Shown here: positions 51,238-59,390 of the stretch, one piece after another
Layout: every line of letters begins with the position of its first letter
Numbering within the stretch: the stretch's first letter is position 1
NCBI GenBank assembly: GCA_963662335.2
Contig: CAXXVD010000005.1
Coordinates: forward strand, 416,001-480,000
Source: Chloroflexota bacterium
Lineage (GTDB): Bacteria; Chloroflexota; UBA11872; VXOZ01
Reading direction: 5' to 3'
Length of the DNA stretch: 64,000 bases
Notes under the pieces: model-generated
The model's database searches: none
What the model was told of the DNA's origin: nothing
The model's input: the letters and a program-made list of their open reading frames with translations, nothing else
Position numbers and translations under genes: made by a program

Positions 51238-51906
51238 ATGGAACAAGCGTCTCAGTCTGAGGAGAAGATTTGGTCGCCAAGAATCTGTGAGTCGAAAATT
51301 CGAAAGGTCGGGTGCGAACCGTTTCACGTGGGCGACAAGAATGTCGAATTCACTATCCGCGACTACTGGCGCTGGGCACACTCCGACTTGTTGGATAACA
51401 CCGCACGAGGCGTTCTAGCTGAGTTCCTGGTCGCCTATGCGCTCAGGCAAACGAATAAGCTTCGTCGTGAGTGGGGCGCGTTCGACCTCAGAACCAAGAG
51501 CGGACATAGAGTAGAGATAAAGAGCGCAGCCTACGCCCAGAGTTGGCCACAGCGCAAGCCGTCAAAGATCAACTTCGATATCGCTCCTCGATCGGAAATG
51601 TGGGATCCAGAGACGAACACTTACTGCCAATTCTGCACACCCAAGCGTGTCGCGGACGTCTATGTCTTCTGCCTACTCGGCCAGTGCGACGGCCCCTATC
51701 CAGACCCCATGGACATAAGACAGTGGAAGTTTTACGTGCTCGCCAAGGAGGCATTGGACAAGAAGTCCATGAGTCAAAAGAAGATTGCTCTCAATCCGCT
51801 CAAGGCACTCGTGCGACGGCCGACAAAAGGGGGCGCGACCACGTTCGATGAGTTAGCGTGCGTCATCGAGGACGTGTCAAACGAAATATCGCCAACCAAG
51901 CCCTAG
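51238..51906 (+). CDS. Hypothetical protein with PD-(D/E)xK nuclease-like motif
   Basis: RGVLAEFLV...FDL......VEIKSAAY, ADVYVFC; AAGGAG RBS. Confidence 0.65.
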   Translation: MEQASQSEEKIWSPRICESKIRKVGCEPFHVGDKNVEFTIRDYWRWAHSDLLDNTARGVLAEFLVAYALRQTNKLRREWGAFDLRTKSGHRVEIKSAAYAQSWPQRKPSKINFDIAPRSEMWDPETNTYCQFCTPKRVADVYVFCLLGQCDGPYPDPMDIRQWKFYVLAKEALDKKSMSQKKIALNPLKALVRRPTKGGATTFDELACVIEDVSNEISPTKP

Positions 51907-52091
51907 GCCTTGGTTGACCGTCAAGTTCGCTTGCAACCTTTCGCACGGCCACAGACACCCGCTGAAGAGAGGGTGTAGAGAGGGTGCAGTAACTGACAAT
52001 ACCAAGCGATTCCAAGAGTCAGCCAGATATTTGGTGCAACTACATTTGCATCCCTATACCGCACTTGAGCTGAAACACCTTATGCCAGTAA

Positions 52092-52124
52092 CCGTTCATC
52101 CTTCGACAGGCTCAGGACGAACGG
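52092..52124. repeat. Palindromic repeat CCGTTCATCCTTCGACAGGCTCAGGACGAACGG
   Basis: Same family as 4952-4984, opposite orientation. Confidence 0.75.
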
Positions 52125-52145
52125 CTACTGGCTCACCTCACGTTC

Positions 52146-52475
52146 TTACTTCCACTCGTCGTCCGACGGCCAGATATTGGAACTCCCCGCGCCCGCGCCG
52201 GCTCCCGGCGGCCGCTCCTCCATCCAGTCCTTGACCGTATCCCGCCACGTGATGAAGTGGGGCGTCTGCAGGTGCGCCTGGAACGCCGCCTCGTCCACGT
52301 AGACCTCGTAGAGCCAGATGCGGTTCGGGTCGCCGCCGTCCTGGACCACGTCGAACCGCAGGCAACCGGGCTCGTCGTTCACCGAGCCCTTCGCGTCACC
52401 CAGCATCGCCTCGATGAAGGCGTCCTTGTAGCCTTCCTTGATCTGTATCGGCGCGACGATGATGTACATGCTCAT
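52146..52475 (-). CDS. ABM-domain protein (LsrG / putative quinol monooxygenase-like)
   Basis: EPGCLRFDV, LYEVY.DEAAFQAHLQTPHF. Confidence 0.9.
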   Translation of the reverse strand: MSMYIIVAPIQIKEGYKDAFIEAMLGDAKGSVNDEPGCLRFDVVQDGGDPNRIWLYEVYVDEAAFQAHLQTPHFITWRDTVKDWMEERPPGAGAGAGSSNIWPSDDEWK

Positions 52476-52727
52476 GCCTCCTTATGTAATCTACTCGCTT
52501 GGTCCCGCTGGCCGCAACTACGCCCATGATACCGCTTGCCGCGTGCCGCGTTCAAAGGCGAGTGGATTGCGGCCAAGTCTTTGACAACCGGCGTTTGCCG
52601 TACTAGAGTCATAGCAATTCCGCTTTACGTCCAAAGCAACCTAACAGCCAACGCTTGCGCGCAGGACAAGAGACTTAGTTTTGCCAGCCACGCCATTCTA
52701 CGGCACTAGAGGAGGTCACGATTCACC

Positions 52728-54110
52728 ATGATACGACTCACCGACGAGCAGATGCGCGACTTCATCCGCAACGGGTACGTCGCGGTCAAGACCGGGCATC
52801 CCCGTGAGTTCCATCAGGATGTCTGGAACCAGACGGAGGCCCTCTTCGAGGAGGACGGCAATCCCGGCAACAACCTGATGGCCAGGATTCCCGCCATCCG
52901 CCAGATCCTCGACGATCCGGCCGTGGACGGCGCGCTGGCCGGCGTGCTGGGCAACAATTACTTCGTTCACCCGCACCGCCACTGCCATTACCGGCCGCCC
53001 CACAGCGAGGGGCAGCAGATACACCGGGATTCCTTCACCCGGCGGCGGCACCGCACCCGCTGGCTCTTGGCGATGTACTATCCCCAAGATACGACGGTCG
53101 AGATGGGCCCCACCGGTGTGCTGCCGGGCACGCACTACTACAACTGGCTGGTAGGCCCGATCGGCTGCAACATGCGGCTGGACACCACCGAGGGCGAGGT
53201 GCCGGTGGTGGTGGAGGCCGGCACGGTATTGATGGTGCACTACGACCTCTGGCACCGGGGCATGGGCAACACCACCGGCAAGAAGCGCTACATGATGAAG
53301 TTCATGTTCGCCCGCATCGAAGAGCCGCGGGAACCGAGTTGGGATAGCCAGGACAGCGCGTGGGCCGACGATGACGAGAGCGCGCTCAACGGCGTCTGGA
53401 GCCACACGTGGCGCTGGTACACGGGCGCGGCCAACAACGGCGCGCCGTCCGCCAACGGCAACGGCTCCATACCGGAGTTGATCGCCAACATCAAGGTGGA
53501 CGACGAGACTACCTGCCTGGCGTCCGCCTACCAATTGGGCTCGCTGGGCGAGGCGGCCATTCCCGCGTTGATCGACACGCTCCAGCACGAAAACGAAGCC
53601 GTGCGCCGCAACGCCAGTTACGCCCTCAGCACTATTGGCGCCGCCGCCGTGCCCGCCTTGCTGGACGCCAGCCGGGACGCAAACGAGGGGACGCGCAGCA
53701 TGGCGGTGGAGACTCTGGCCGACCTCGGCTTTCTCGGCAATGAGGTCATGCCGTATCTCCGCGTGGCGCTGGAGGATGACTCGATCGAGGTGCGCCGCCA
53801 CGTCGTGGACGCGCTCGGCATCTGCCTGCAGCATTCCGACAATGGCGTGCCGGCCCTGATCGATGCGCTTAGCGATGAGGATGAGTTCATGCGGCGCGGC
53901 GCGGCCCTGGCGCTCTCACGCATTGGCGCGCCGGCGGCGGAAGCCACACCCGCCCTGGCCCATGCCCTAAACGACGAGAACCGCTACGTGCGCGGCAAGG
54001 CCGTCCACGCGCTCCAGCGCATCGGCACGCCGGAGGCCCAGGACGCCCTGGTGCACTTCCTGCTGACCTCCCAGTGGTGCTATTCCACCAACAAGGACAG
54101 CCTGTACTAG
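52728..54110 (+). CDS. Phytanoyl-CoA dioxygenase-like (PhyH) domain fused to HEAT/PBS-lyase repeats
   Basis: FIRNGY, IHRD, GPTGVLPGTH, LWHRG; repeated AIPALIDTL...VRR.A..AL. Confidence 0.85.
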   Translation: MIRLTDEQMRDFIRNGYVAVKTGHPREFHQDVWNQTEALFEEDGNPGNNLMARIPAIRQILDDPAVDGALAGVLGNNYFVHPHRHCHYRPPHSEGQQIHRDSFTRRRHRTRWLLAMYYPQDTTVEMGPTGVLPGTHYYNWLVGPIGCNMRLDTTEGEVPVVVEAGTVLMVHYDLWHRGMGNTTGKKRYMMKFMFARIEEPREPSWDSQDSAWADDDESALNGVWSHTWRWYTGAANNGAPSANGNGSIPELIANIKVDDETTCLASAYQLGSLGEAAIPALIDTLQHENEAVRRNASYALSTIGAAAVPALLDASRDANEGTRSMAVETLADLGFLGNEVMPYLRVALEDDSIEVRRHVVDALGICLQHSDNGVPALIDALSDEDEFMRRGAALALSRIGAPAAEATPALAHALNDENRYVRGKAVHALQRIGTPEAQDALVHFLLTSQWCYSTNKDSLY

Positions 54111-54157
54111 GCGCTGGACCGTACCGCCGGTATGGTCCCCAATGATGGTTCACTAAT

Positions 54158-54211
54158 GTAGCGCGGGGGCTTGTCCTCCGCCGCGCGGCGGAGGACAAGC
54201 CCCCGCGCTAC
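54158..54211. repeat. Inverted REP-A doublet forming a perfect 54-bp palindrome
   Basis: GTAGCGCGGGGGCTTGTCCTCCGCCGC followed directly by its reverse complement. Confidence 0.92.
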
Positions 54212-54265
54212 GGCCTTTCAGCAGCGCCTTCGATTCCCTCTCCCTGGCTGACAGGGGTAGGCACT

Positions 54266-54358
54266 TGTCATTCCGAGCGGAGCGAGGAATCTAAAGATGC
54301 TAGATTTGCATGGCGGTGCTCTAGATTCCTCTCTCCGCTGCGCTCCGTTCGGAATGAC
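54266..54358. repeat. TGTCATTCCGAGCG..GCGAGGAATCT composite inverted repeat
   Basis: Second copy at 59213-59282. Confidence 0.85.
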
Positions 54359-54446
54359 GAGTGAAGTCCGCTATTGAATGCATACCCACTTCAGTTCTCC
54401 CTTTGGGAGAGAGTTCGGGTGAGGGAAGACGCGGCGCCCGCAGCGC

Positions 54447-54881
54447 CTACGAACGGCCGCCCTCCTGCCAGAAGCGCCGTCCGATTAAGAGCGTAAGCAC
54501 CACCAAGAGCGCGTCCACGATGGGAAAATAGATGACGTGGGACGTAACCGCGTCGCCGGTTTCGCTTTCGATGTTGAGGCTCCAGAACCACTCCCAATAG
54601 AAGAGCATCGCCAGGACGATTGAGCCGTAGAAGGCAAGGCTCACGCGCAGATGCTCGATGGTGTTAGAGTCGCCCGCCTCCCGCGCGGCATGGTCGCGCC
54701 GCATCAGTAAACCCTTCACCAGCATGATCAGCGTAGCCAACGCCATGGGGTAATTGAGGACTCTCCATACCGGATAGTCCAGAGACCCGTCGTGGTAGAG
54801 CGGCGTCGCAATCAGGTTGGCCCATGCCAGGAACCCGACGGCCATGAGAAAGACGGCCAAGACCCGATGCGCCAGTGCCAT
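54447..54881 (-). CDS. Hypothetical 4-TM membrane protein
   Basis: AGGAGG RBS; four hydrophobic segments; follows the S8 gene in the same direction. Confidence 0.8.
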   Translation of the reverse strand: MALAHRVLAVFLMAVGFLAWANLIATPLYHDGSLDYPVWRVLNYPMALATLIMLVKGLLMRRDHAAREAGDSNTIEHLRVSLAFYGSIVLAMLFYWEWFWSLNIESETGDAVTSHVIYFPIVDALLVVLTLLIGRRFWQEGGRS

Positions 54882-54929
54882 TGTGCTTTTCCTCCTAGCT
54901 GGGCTGCCGCCGGATATTCCAGCGTCTCT

Positions 54930-56339
54930 CTAAACGGCCACCCCGCTTGCCAGACGCACTTCGCTCTCCAGGAACAGCGTGCCCTGCTGCCGCTGCCGCG
55001 CGGAGAGTTGGCCCCGCGGATCGCAGACCACCACCAGGCGCTCCGTGCCTTCGGGTATGCGGACGAGCACGTCGCACGCCGCCTGCTCGCGCCCGATCAC
55101 CGTGGGAACCAGCGCGTGGCCGATTTGCACGCCGCCGCCCGCGTCCAACGGCCCATCGAAGACCATCACCGCCACGTCGTGGGCGTCCGCCACGCCCCGG
55201 TTAGCCAGCGTCACCCGCGCGCGTCCAAGTCCCCGGTCTAATTCCGATATTTCAACATCAGCGATCTCCAGGTCGCACTCCACCCGTGCCACGGAGACGG
55301 CGGCGTGAGCGTCGATGAGGCCGTGGCCGAGAAACGGATTCCAGCCCGCGCCGCCCGGCTGATGGGCCGTATTGCGCAGCGCCATGCGCACCTCATCCGC
55401 GGTCAAGCCCGGCTGCCGCGACCACACGAGCGCCGCCAGGCCGGACACGTGTGGTATCGCCATGCAGCCGCCGGACCACTCCGCGTAGCCGCCGTGCTCG
55501 GCTGAAATCGTGCTCAGCACGCCATATTCGGCTTGGGGGTGCTCCCCGAGCGCCGCCGCCATCACGCGCTCCTCCGCCAAAGGCAGGATGCGCCGGGAAG
55601 GATCATTGGCGAGGTCGTAGTCGCGCCAGCCGGACGGCGCCGCCACTTCAGTCAAGTCGCCGTAGTCGCTGAAGTCGGCCATGCGCCCGCTCCTGTCGGC
55701 GGAGGCCACGTTGACCACGCCCGGACAGAGCGCCGGGTACTTGGCCACGTTGTGGGCCTGGTTGCCGCCGGTGGCGTTAACGATTAGCACGTTGTGCCGC
55801 TGGGCATAGCGACACGCCTCCGGCAGGTCTTCCGCATCCGGCGGCGTCCAGGCGCTGTAGAGCGTGGGCAGGCCATGCTTGATGGTGTACATGTAGCCCA
55901 CGTCGCTCAGGTTGATCACCCGCGCGCCCTCGTCCACCGCAAAGCGGATTGCCCGCGCCAGTTCCCGGTCGTCGTAGGTGTTCGCGCGCACCGGCAGGAT
56001 GCGGCACTCCGGCGCGACGCCGGCAATGCCGATGCCGTTGTCCGCCCGCGCCGCAATGATGCCGCAGACGTGCGTGCCGTGGTCGGTGGAGTCCTTGTGC
56101 GTGCGGGGCCGCGACGTGTCGTCGAGCGTATCGTCATCGTCCCACAGGTCCCAGCCCGGCAGAAACTGTCCCGCCAGGTCCGGGTGCCCCACGTCGATGC
56201 CCTTCTCGATGACGGCCACCACCACGTCGGGACTGCCGCGCGTAATCTCCCAGGCCTGGGGCGCATCGATGAGGTGTAGCCCCCACTGCTGTTCAAATAG
56301 GGGGTCATTCACAGGCGTCATGGCGGTATTCCTCTTCAT
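54930..56339 (-). CDS. S8 subtilase-family protein with Glu-His-Cys triad and C-terminal CARDB-like domain
   Basis: NDPLFEQQWGL, VAVIEKGID, HGTHVCGII, GIAGVAP, FSDYG, SGGCMAIPHVSG, GHGLIDA; DL.I...VTLANRG...DP. Confidence 0.9.
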   Translation of the reverse strand: MKRNTAMTPVNDPLFEQQWGLHLIDAPQAWEITRGSPDVVVAVIEKGIDVGHPDLAGQFLPGWDLWDDDDTLDDTSRPRTHKDSTDHGTHVCGIIAARADNGIGIAGVAPECRILPVRANTYDDRELARAIRFAVDEGARVINLSDVGYMYTIKHGLPTLYSAWTPPDAEDLPEACRYAQRHNVLIVNATGGNQAHNVAKYPALCPGVVNVASADRSGRMADFSDYGDLTEVAAPSGWRDYDLANDPSRRILPLAEERVMAAALGEHPQAEYGVLSTISAEHGGYAEWSGGCMAIPHVSGLAALVWSRQPGLTADEVRMALRNTAHQPGGAGWNPFLGHGLIDAHAAVSVARVECDLEIADVEISELDRGLGRARVTLANRGVADAHDVAVMVFDGPLDAGGGVQIGHALVPTVIGREQAACDVLVRIPEGTERLVVVCDPRGQLSARQRQQGTLFLESEVRLASGVAV

Positions 56340-56650
56340 TTGCAGGCGACGGCTTCTCTTCCAGCGAATCTCGCTGGCCTCGCAAGGCTAGGCGTGCCCT
56401 CACTATGGCCTGTGCAAGAGAGCGCGTCAATCCACGCACTCGAGTCTCGTGGCTCCACTTGACGGCAGCGTTCCGCATAGTACACTATCTGTGTGAGAAA
56501 CGGCGTTCCGCAGAGCGCCACCTCTGCACGCAGCGGAAGGAGGGGCAACGCAGACGGATTTGGCAAATCTGCACTTCGGCACGCCGCGCGGTTCGCGTTG
56601 GCTTGGATGTGCCGGAACGATGAATCCTAATCACACGAGGGGGATACGCA

Positions 56651-58096
56651 ATGCCATTTACTCGTAATCGCATGACGCGACGCCACATGCTGGCGGGTAC
56701 CGGCGGGGTGCTGGGCGCGCTCGCGCTGGCGGCCTGCGGCACGGCCATGCCGACGGGAGACGGCGACGCGCCGGCGGCGGAGGAAGAAGCGGCGCCCAAG
56801 GCCGAAGAACAGAAACCCATGGAGAAGGTCACGGTTTCCGTTAGGTGGATCTCCAACGACCTTACCCTGGTTGAGCCTTTCTACGAGAATCTCGTTGTGG
56901 CGCGATTCTACGAGAACTACGACAACATCGAGCTTGACTGGGTGGGCGACACCTACCGCGACACCATGAGCCAACTCAATACCCAGTTGGCCGCCGGGGA
57001 CGCGCCCGATGTCTTCCACAACGACGGTGTCTTCTTTGCGCGCAACCGCGACGTGGGCTACATTCGCTCGCTGACCGAGTACACCAAGCGCGACGGCGCT
57101 CAGCTTGAGGGCATCCGCGGCCCCGAGTTCTTCAGCGATGAGAAGCAGGACGTGTATGGCGTCTCCATGGGTGTTGGTTGCGCGGCGTTCGCCTACAACA
57201 CCGACATCTTCGACCGCTACGGCATCAACCGATTGCCGGCTGAAGGCATTGATTGGAACCCGGGCGACGGCGGCACGTTGCTGGAAATCGCTTCCGACAT
57301 TACCGCCAAGGGTCAGAACGAAGATCCCAGGATCTGGGGATGGTTCAATAACAAGCAGGCCACGTTCGACATCCTCGGCATGCTGCTCCAAAACGGCACA
57401 AATTTCCTTTCCGATGACTATCGCCGTTCGAGAGCGCACGAGGCAGAGTTCATTGACGTTATCCAGTTCCTGTGGGACTTGGAGTTCAAACATCGGGTCG
57501 CGCCAGATCCCGATGAACGCGCTGAGTTCAACGCTTCGATTCCTGAGGGCACGACGTATCATGGCCCGTTCGCCTGGCAGCGGTCAGCCATGATGAACCT
57601 CGGCCTCGGCCAGTCCGGCTCCTGGGGTTCGCCGGAACCGGAAAAACTGCCCATCGTCGCGGTACAGTACATCCAAGGTCCGGCGAACAACAAGGTGCCG
57701 GGCGGCGGACGCGTGGTCGAGATGTGGGGCAGCACCGAGGTGCCCGACGAGGCCTGGGAAGTCATGAAGTTCCCCTTGGTCGACCATGAGATTCAGGTGG
57801 GGGTCTTCTCTATCCTCCGCGACGGCTTGCCGGCCAACACCAACACGTGGGACGATGCGCGGTTGCTCGAGAAGAGCGGCCGTCCGCCGCGCGAGGTGGA
57901 AGCCTACATGGCCCCGCTCAAGGAAGGCCGCGGCCAGTACTGGCAGGTCAACGGCGTGTGGCTTGAGTGGTGGCGCGCGTTCCGTGGCAACATGAACCGC
58001 GCGTGGGCACTAGAGGTCACCGTCGAGGAAGCCATGCAGCAAGCAAGCAAAGAGTCTCAGGCTGTGCTGGACGAGTACTACGCCAGCCAGGACTAA
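56651..58096 (+). CDS. Extracellular solute-binding lipoprotein, Tat signal
   Basis: TRRHML...LAAC, AAGDAPDVF, AYNTDIF; TTGACG-16-TACACT promoter near 56459. Confidence 0.9.
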   Translation: MPFTRNRMTRRHMLAGTGGVLGALALAACGTAMPTGDGDAPAAEEEAAPKAEEQKPMEKVTVSVRWISNDLTLVEPFYENLVVARFYENYDNIELDWVGDTYRDTMSQLNTQLAAGDAPDVFHNDGVFFARNRDVGYIRSLTEYTKRDGAQLEGIRGPEFFSDEKQDVYGVSMGVGCAAFAYNTDIFDRYGINRLPAEGIDWNPGDGGTLLEIASDITAKGQNEDPRIWGWFNNKQATFDILGMLLQNGTNFLSDDYRRSRAHEAEFIDVIQFLWDLEFKHRVAPDPDERAEFNASIPEGTTYHGPFAWQRSAMMNLGLGQSGSWGSPEPEKLPIVAVQYIQGPANNKVPGGGRVVEMWGSTEVPDEAWEVMKFPLVDHEIQVGVFSILRDGLPANTNTWDDARLLEKSGRPPREVEAYMAPLKEGRGQYWQVNGVWLEWWRAFRGNMNRAWALEVTVEEAMQQASKESQAVLDEYYASQD

Positions 58097-58119
58097 GTTC
58101 CTGCTCGATTTGGCAAGTG

Positions 58120-58149
58120 AACGAGGAGGGTCGTACGACCCTCCTCGTT
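58120..58149 (+). terminator. Perfect 30-bp palindrome, probable terminator
   Basis: AACGAGGAGGGTCGT|ACGACCCTCCTCGTT. Confidence 0.7.
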
Positions 58150-58186
58150 GCGTTTAGTGCGCCTGTCAGACCTGCAAACGCTTATC

Positions 58187-58258
58187 CGTCATTCCCGCGC
58201 ACGCGGGAATCCATCTTCGCCCCCCAGCCGGTGGACTCCCGCGTGCGCAGGAATGACG
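58187..58258. repeat. CGTC-type composite inverted repeat
   Basis: CGTCATTCCCGCGCACGCGGGAATCC...GGAATGACG. Confidence 0.85.
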
Positions 58259-58374
58259 GAGGCTGCCGCGCTATCTTCAGAGCAATGGCGGAGTCCCCAA
58301 GCGCCCGTCCGCGCGCAAAGCTGATACCATAGCAAGTAGCGGCATCAGACTACAGCGAGAGGCCCGGCAGCAGC

Positions 58375-59088
58375 GTGACGCCAATCCTTACCGCCCTGAT
58401 CGCCCTTGGCGCCGGCGTCGCCTCATTTCTCTCGCCCTGCGTCCTGCCGCTGGTGCCGGCCTACGTCGGCCACCTGGCGGGCACAAGCGTATCCGAAGAG
58501 CGGGACACCCAGGCGACGCTGCGCACGGTGGCCCACGCCGCCTGCTTCGTGCTGGGGTTTTCCGCCGTCTTCGTGCTGCTGTGGACGTCCGTCGGCCTGG
58601 TCGGCTATGCGATACAGGGGTACACCTTCTACCTGCGCTACGTTGGCGGCGTCATCCTCGTCATCCTGGGCCTCCACGTTGCCGGCATTCTGCGGCTGCG
58701 CTGGCTGAACCAGGAGCGGCGCATCTACGTCGATCGCGGCCGCCCGCGCAACTTCCTCACCTCGTGGCTCGTGGGCGTCACCTTTGCCGCCGGCTGGACG
58801 CCCTGCATCGGGCCCATCTTGGGCGGCATCATCGCGCTTGCCGGGACGCGCGAGACCTTAGGCGAGGGCTCGCTGCTCCTGGCGCTCTACTCGGCCGGCC
58901 TCGGCATCCCGTTCTTGCTCACGGCAATCGGCCTGTCGCGCGCGGTCCCACTCCTGCGCTGGCTAAACCGCCACGCCCACACGGTCGAGGTGGCCAGCGG
59001 CGGCCTGCTCATCGTCATCGGCGTGATGATGTTCATGAATACCTTCGCCCAACTGGCGCGCTACTTCACCTGGATTCCGGTCTTCTAG
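58375..59088 (+). CDS. ccdA: Cytochrome c biogenesis protein CcdA
   Basis: SFLSPCVLPLVPAY, GWTPCIGPILG, YSAGLGIPF. Confidence 0.93.
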   Translation: MTPILTALIALGAGVASFLSPCVLPLVPAYVGHLAGTSVSEERDTQATLRTVAHAACFVLGFSAVFVLLWTSVGLVGYAIQGYTFYLRYVGGVILVILGLHVAGILRLRWLNQERRIYVDRGRPRNFLTSWLVGVTFAAGWTPCIGPILGGIIALAGTRETLGEGSLLLALYSAGLGIPFLLTAIGLSRAVPLLRWLNRHAHTVEVASGGLLIVIGVMMFMNTFAQLARYFTWIPVF

Positions 59089-59212
59089 CGGGACGCAATT
59101 GGGCATGCCCCACTCCGGTAGCGCAGGTTTGCAACCTGCGTCCATCGCGGAAGGAGATGACCCAGGCTTGCTAGCATCGCAGTGCGGAGTTCCCTGTCAT
59201 TGCTACCCTACC

Positions 59213-59282
59213 TGTCATTCCGAGCGCAGCGAGGAATCTAGGGTACAGGCGCCGTAGATTCCTCGCTGCGCTCGGAATGACA
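59213..59282. repeat. TGTCATTCCGAGCGCAGCGAGGAATCT inverted doublet
   Basis: Long perfect arms around a short spacer. Confidence 0.88.
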
Positions 59283-59390
59283 ATTGGGCGCTCGGAAAGA
59301 CAGCCGGTAAAACACTACCACCAAAAGAAAAACGCGGGACAACGATGTGTCCCACGTTTTCCCATTAAGCCCGCATTCTACACGCCGGGG

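Noticed and set aside
56340-56650. Known riboswitch in the SBP leader (also checked 46320-46628)
   Set aside because: No TPP, cobalamin, SAM, FMN or glycine consensus recognised by eye; an Rfam scan would be needed.
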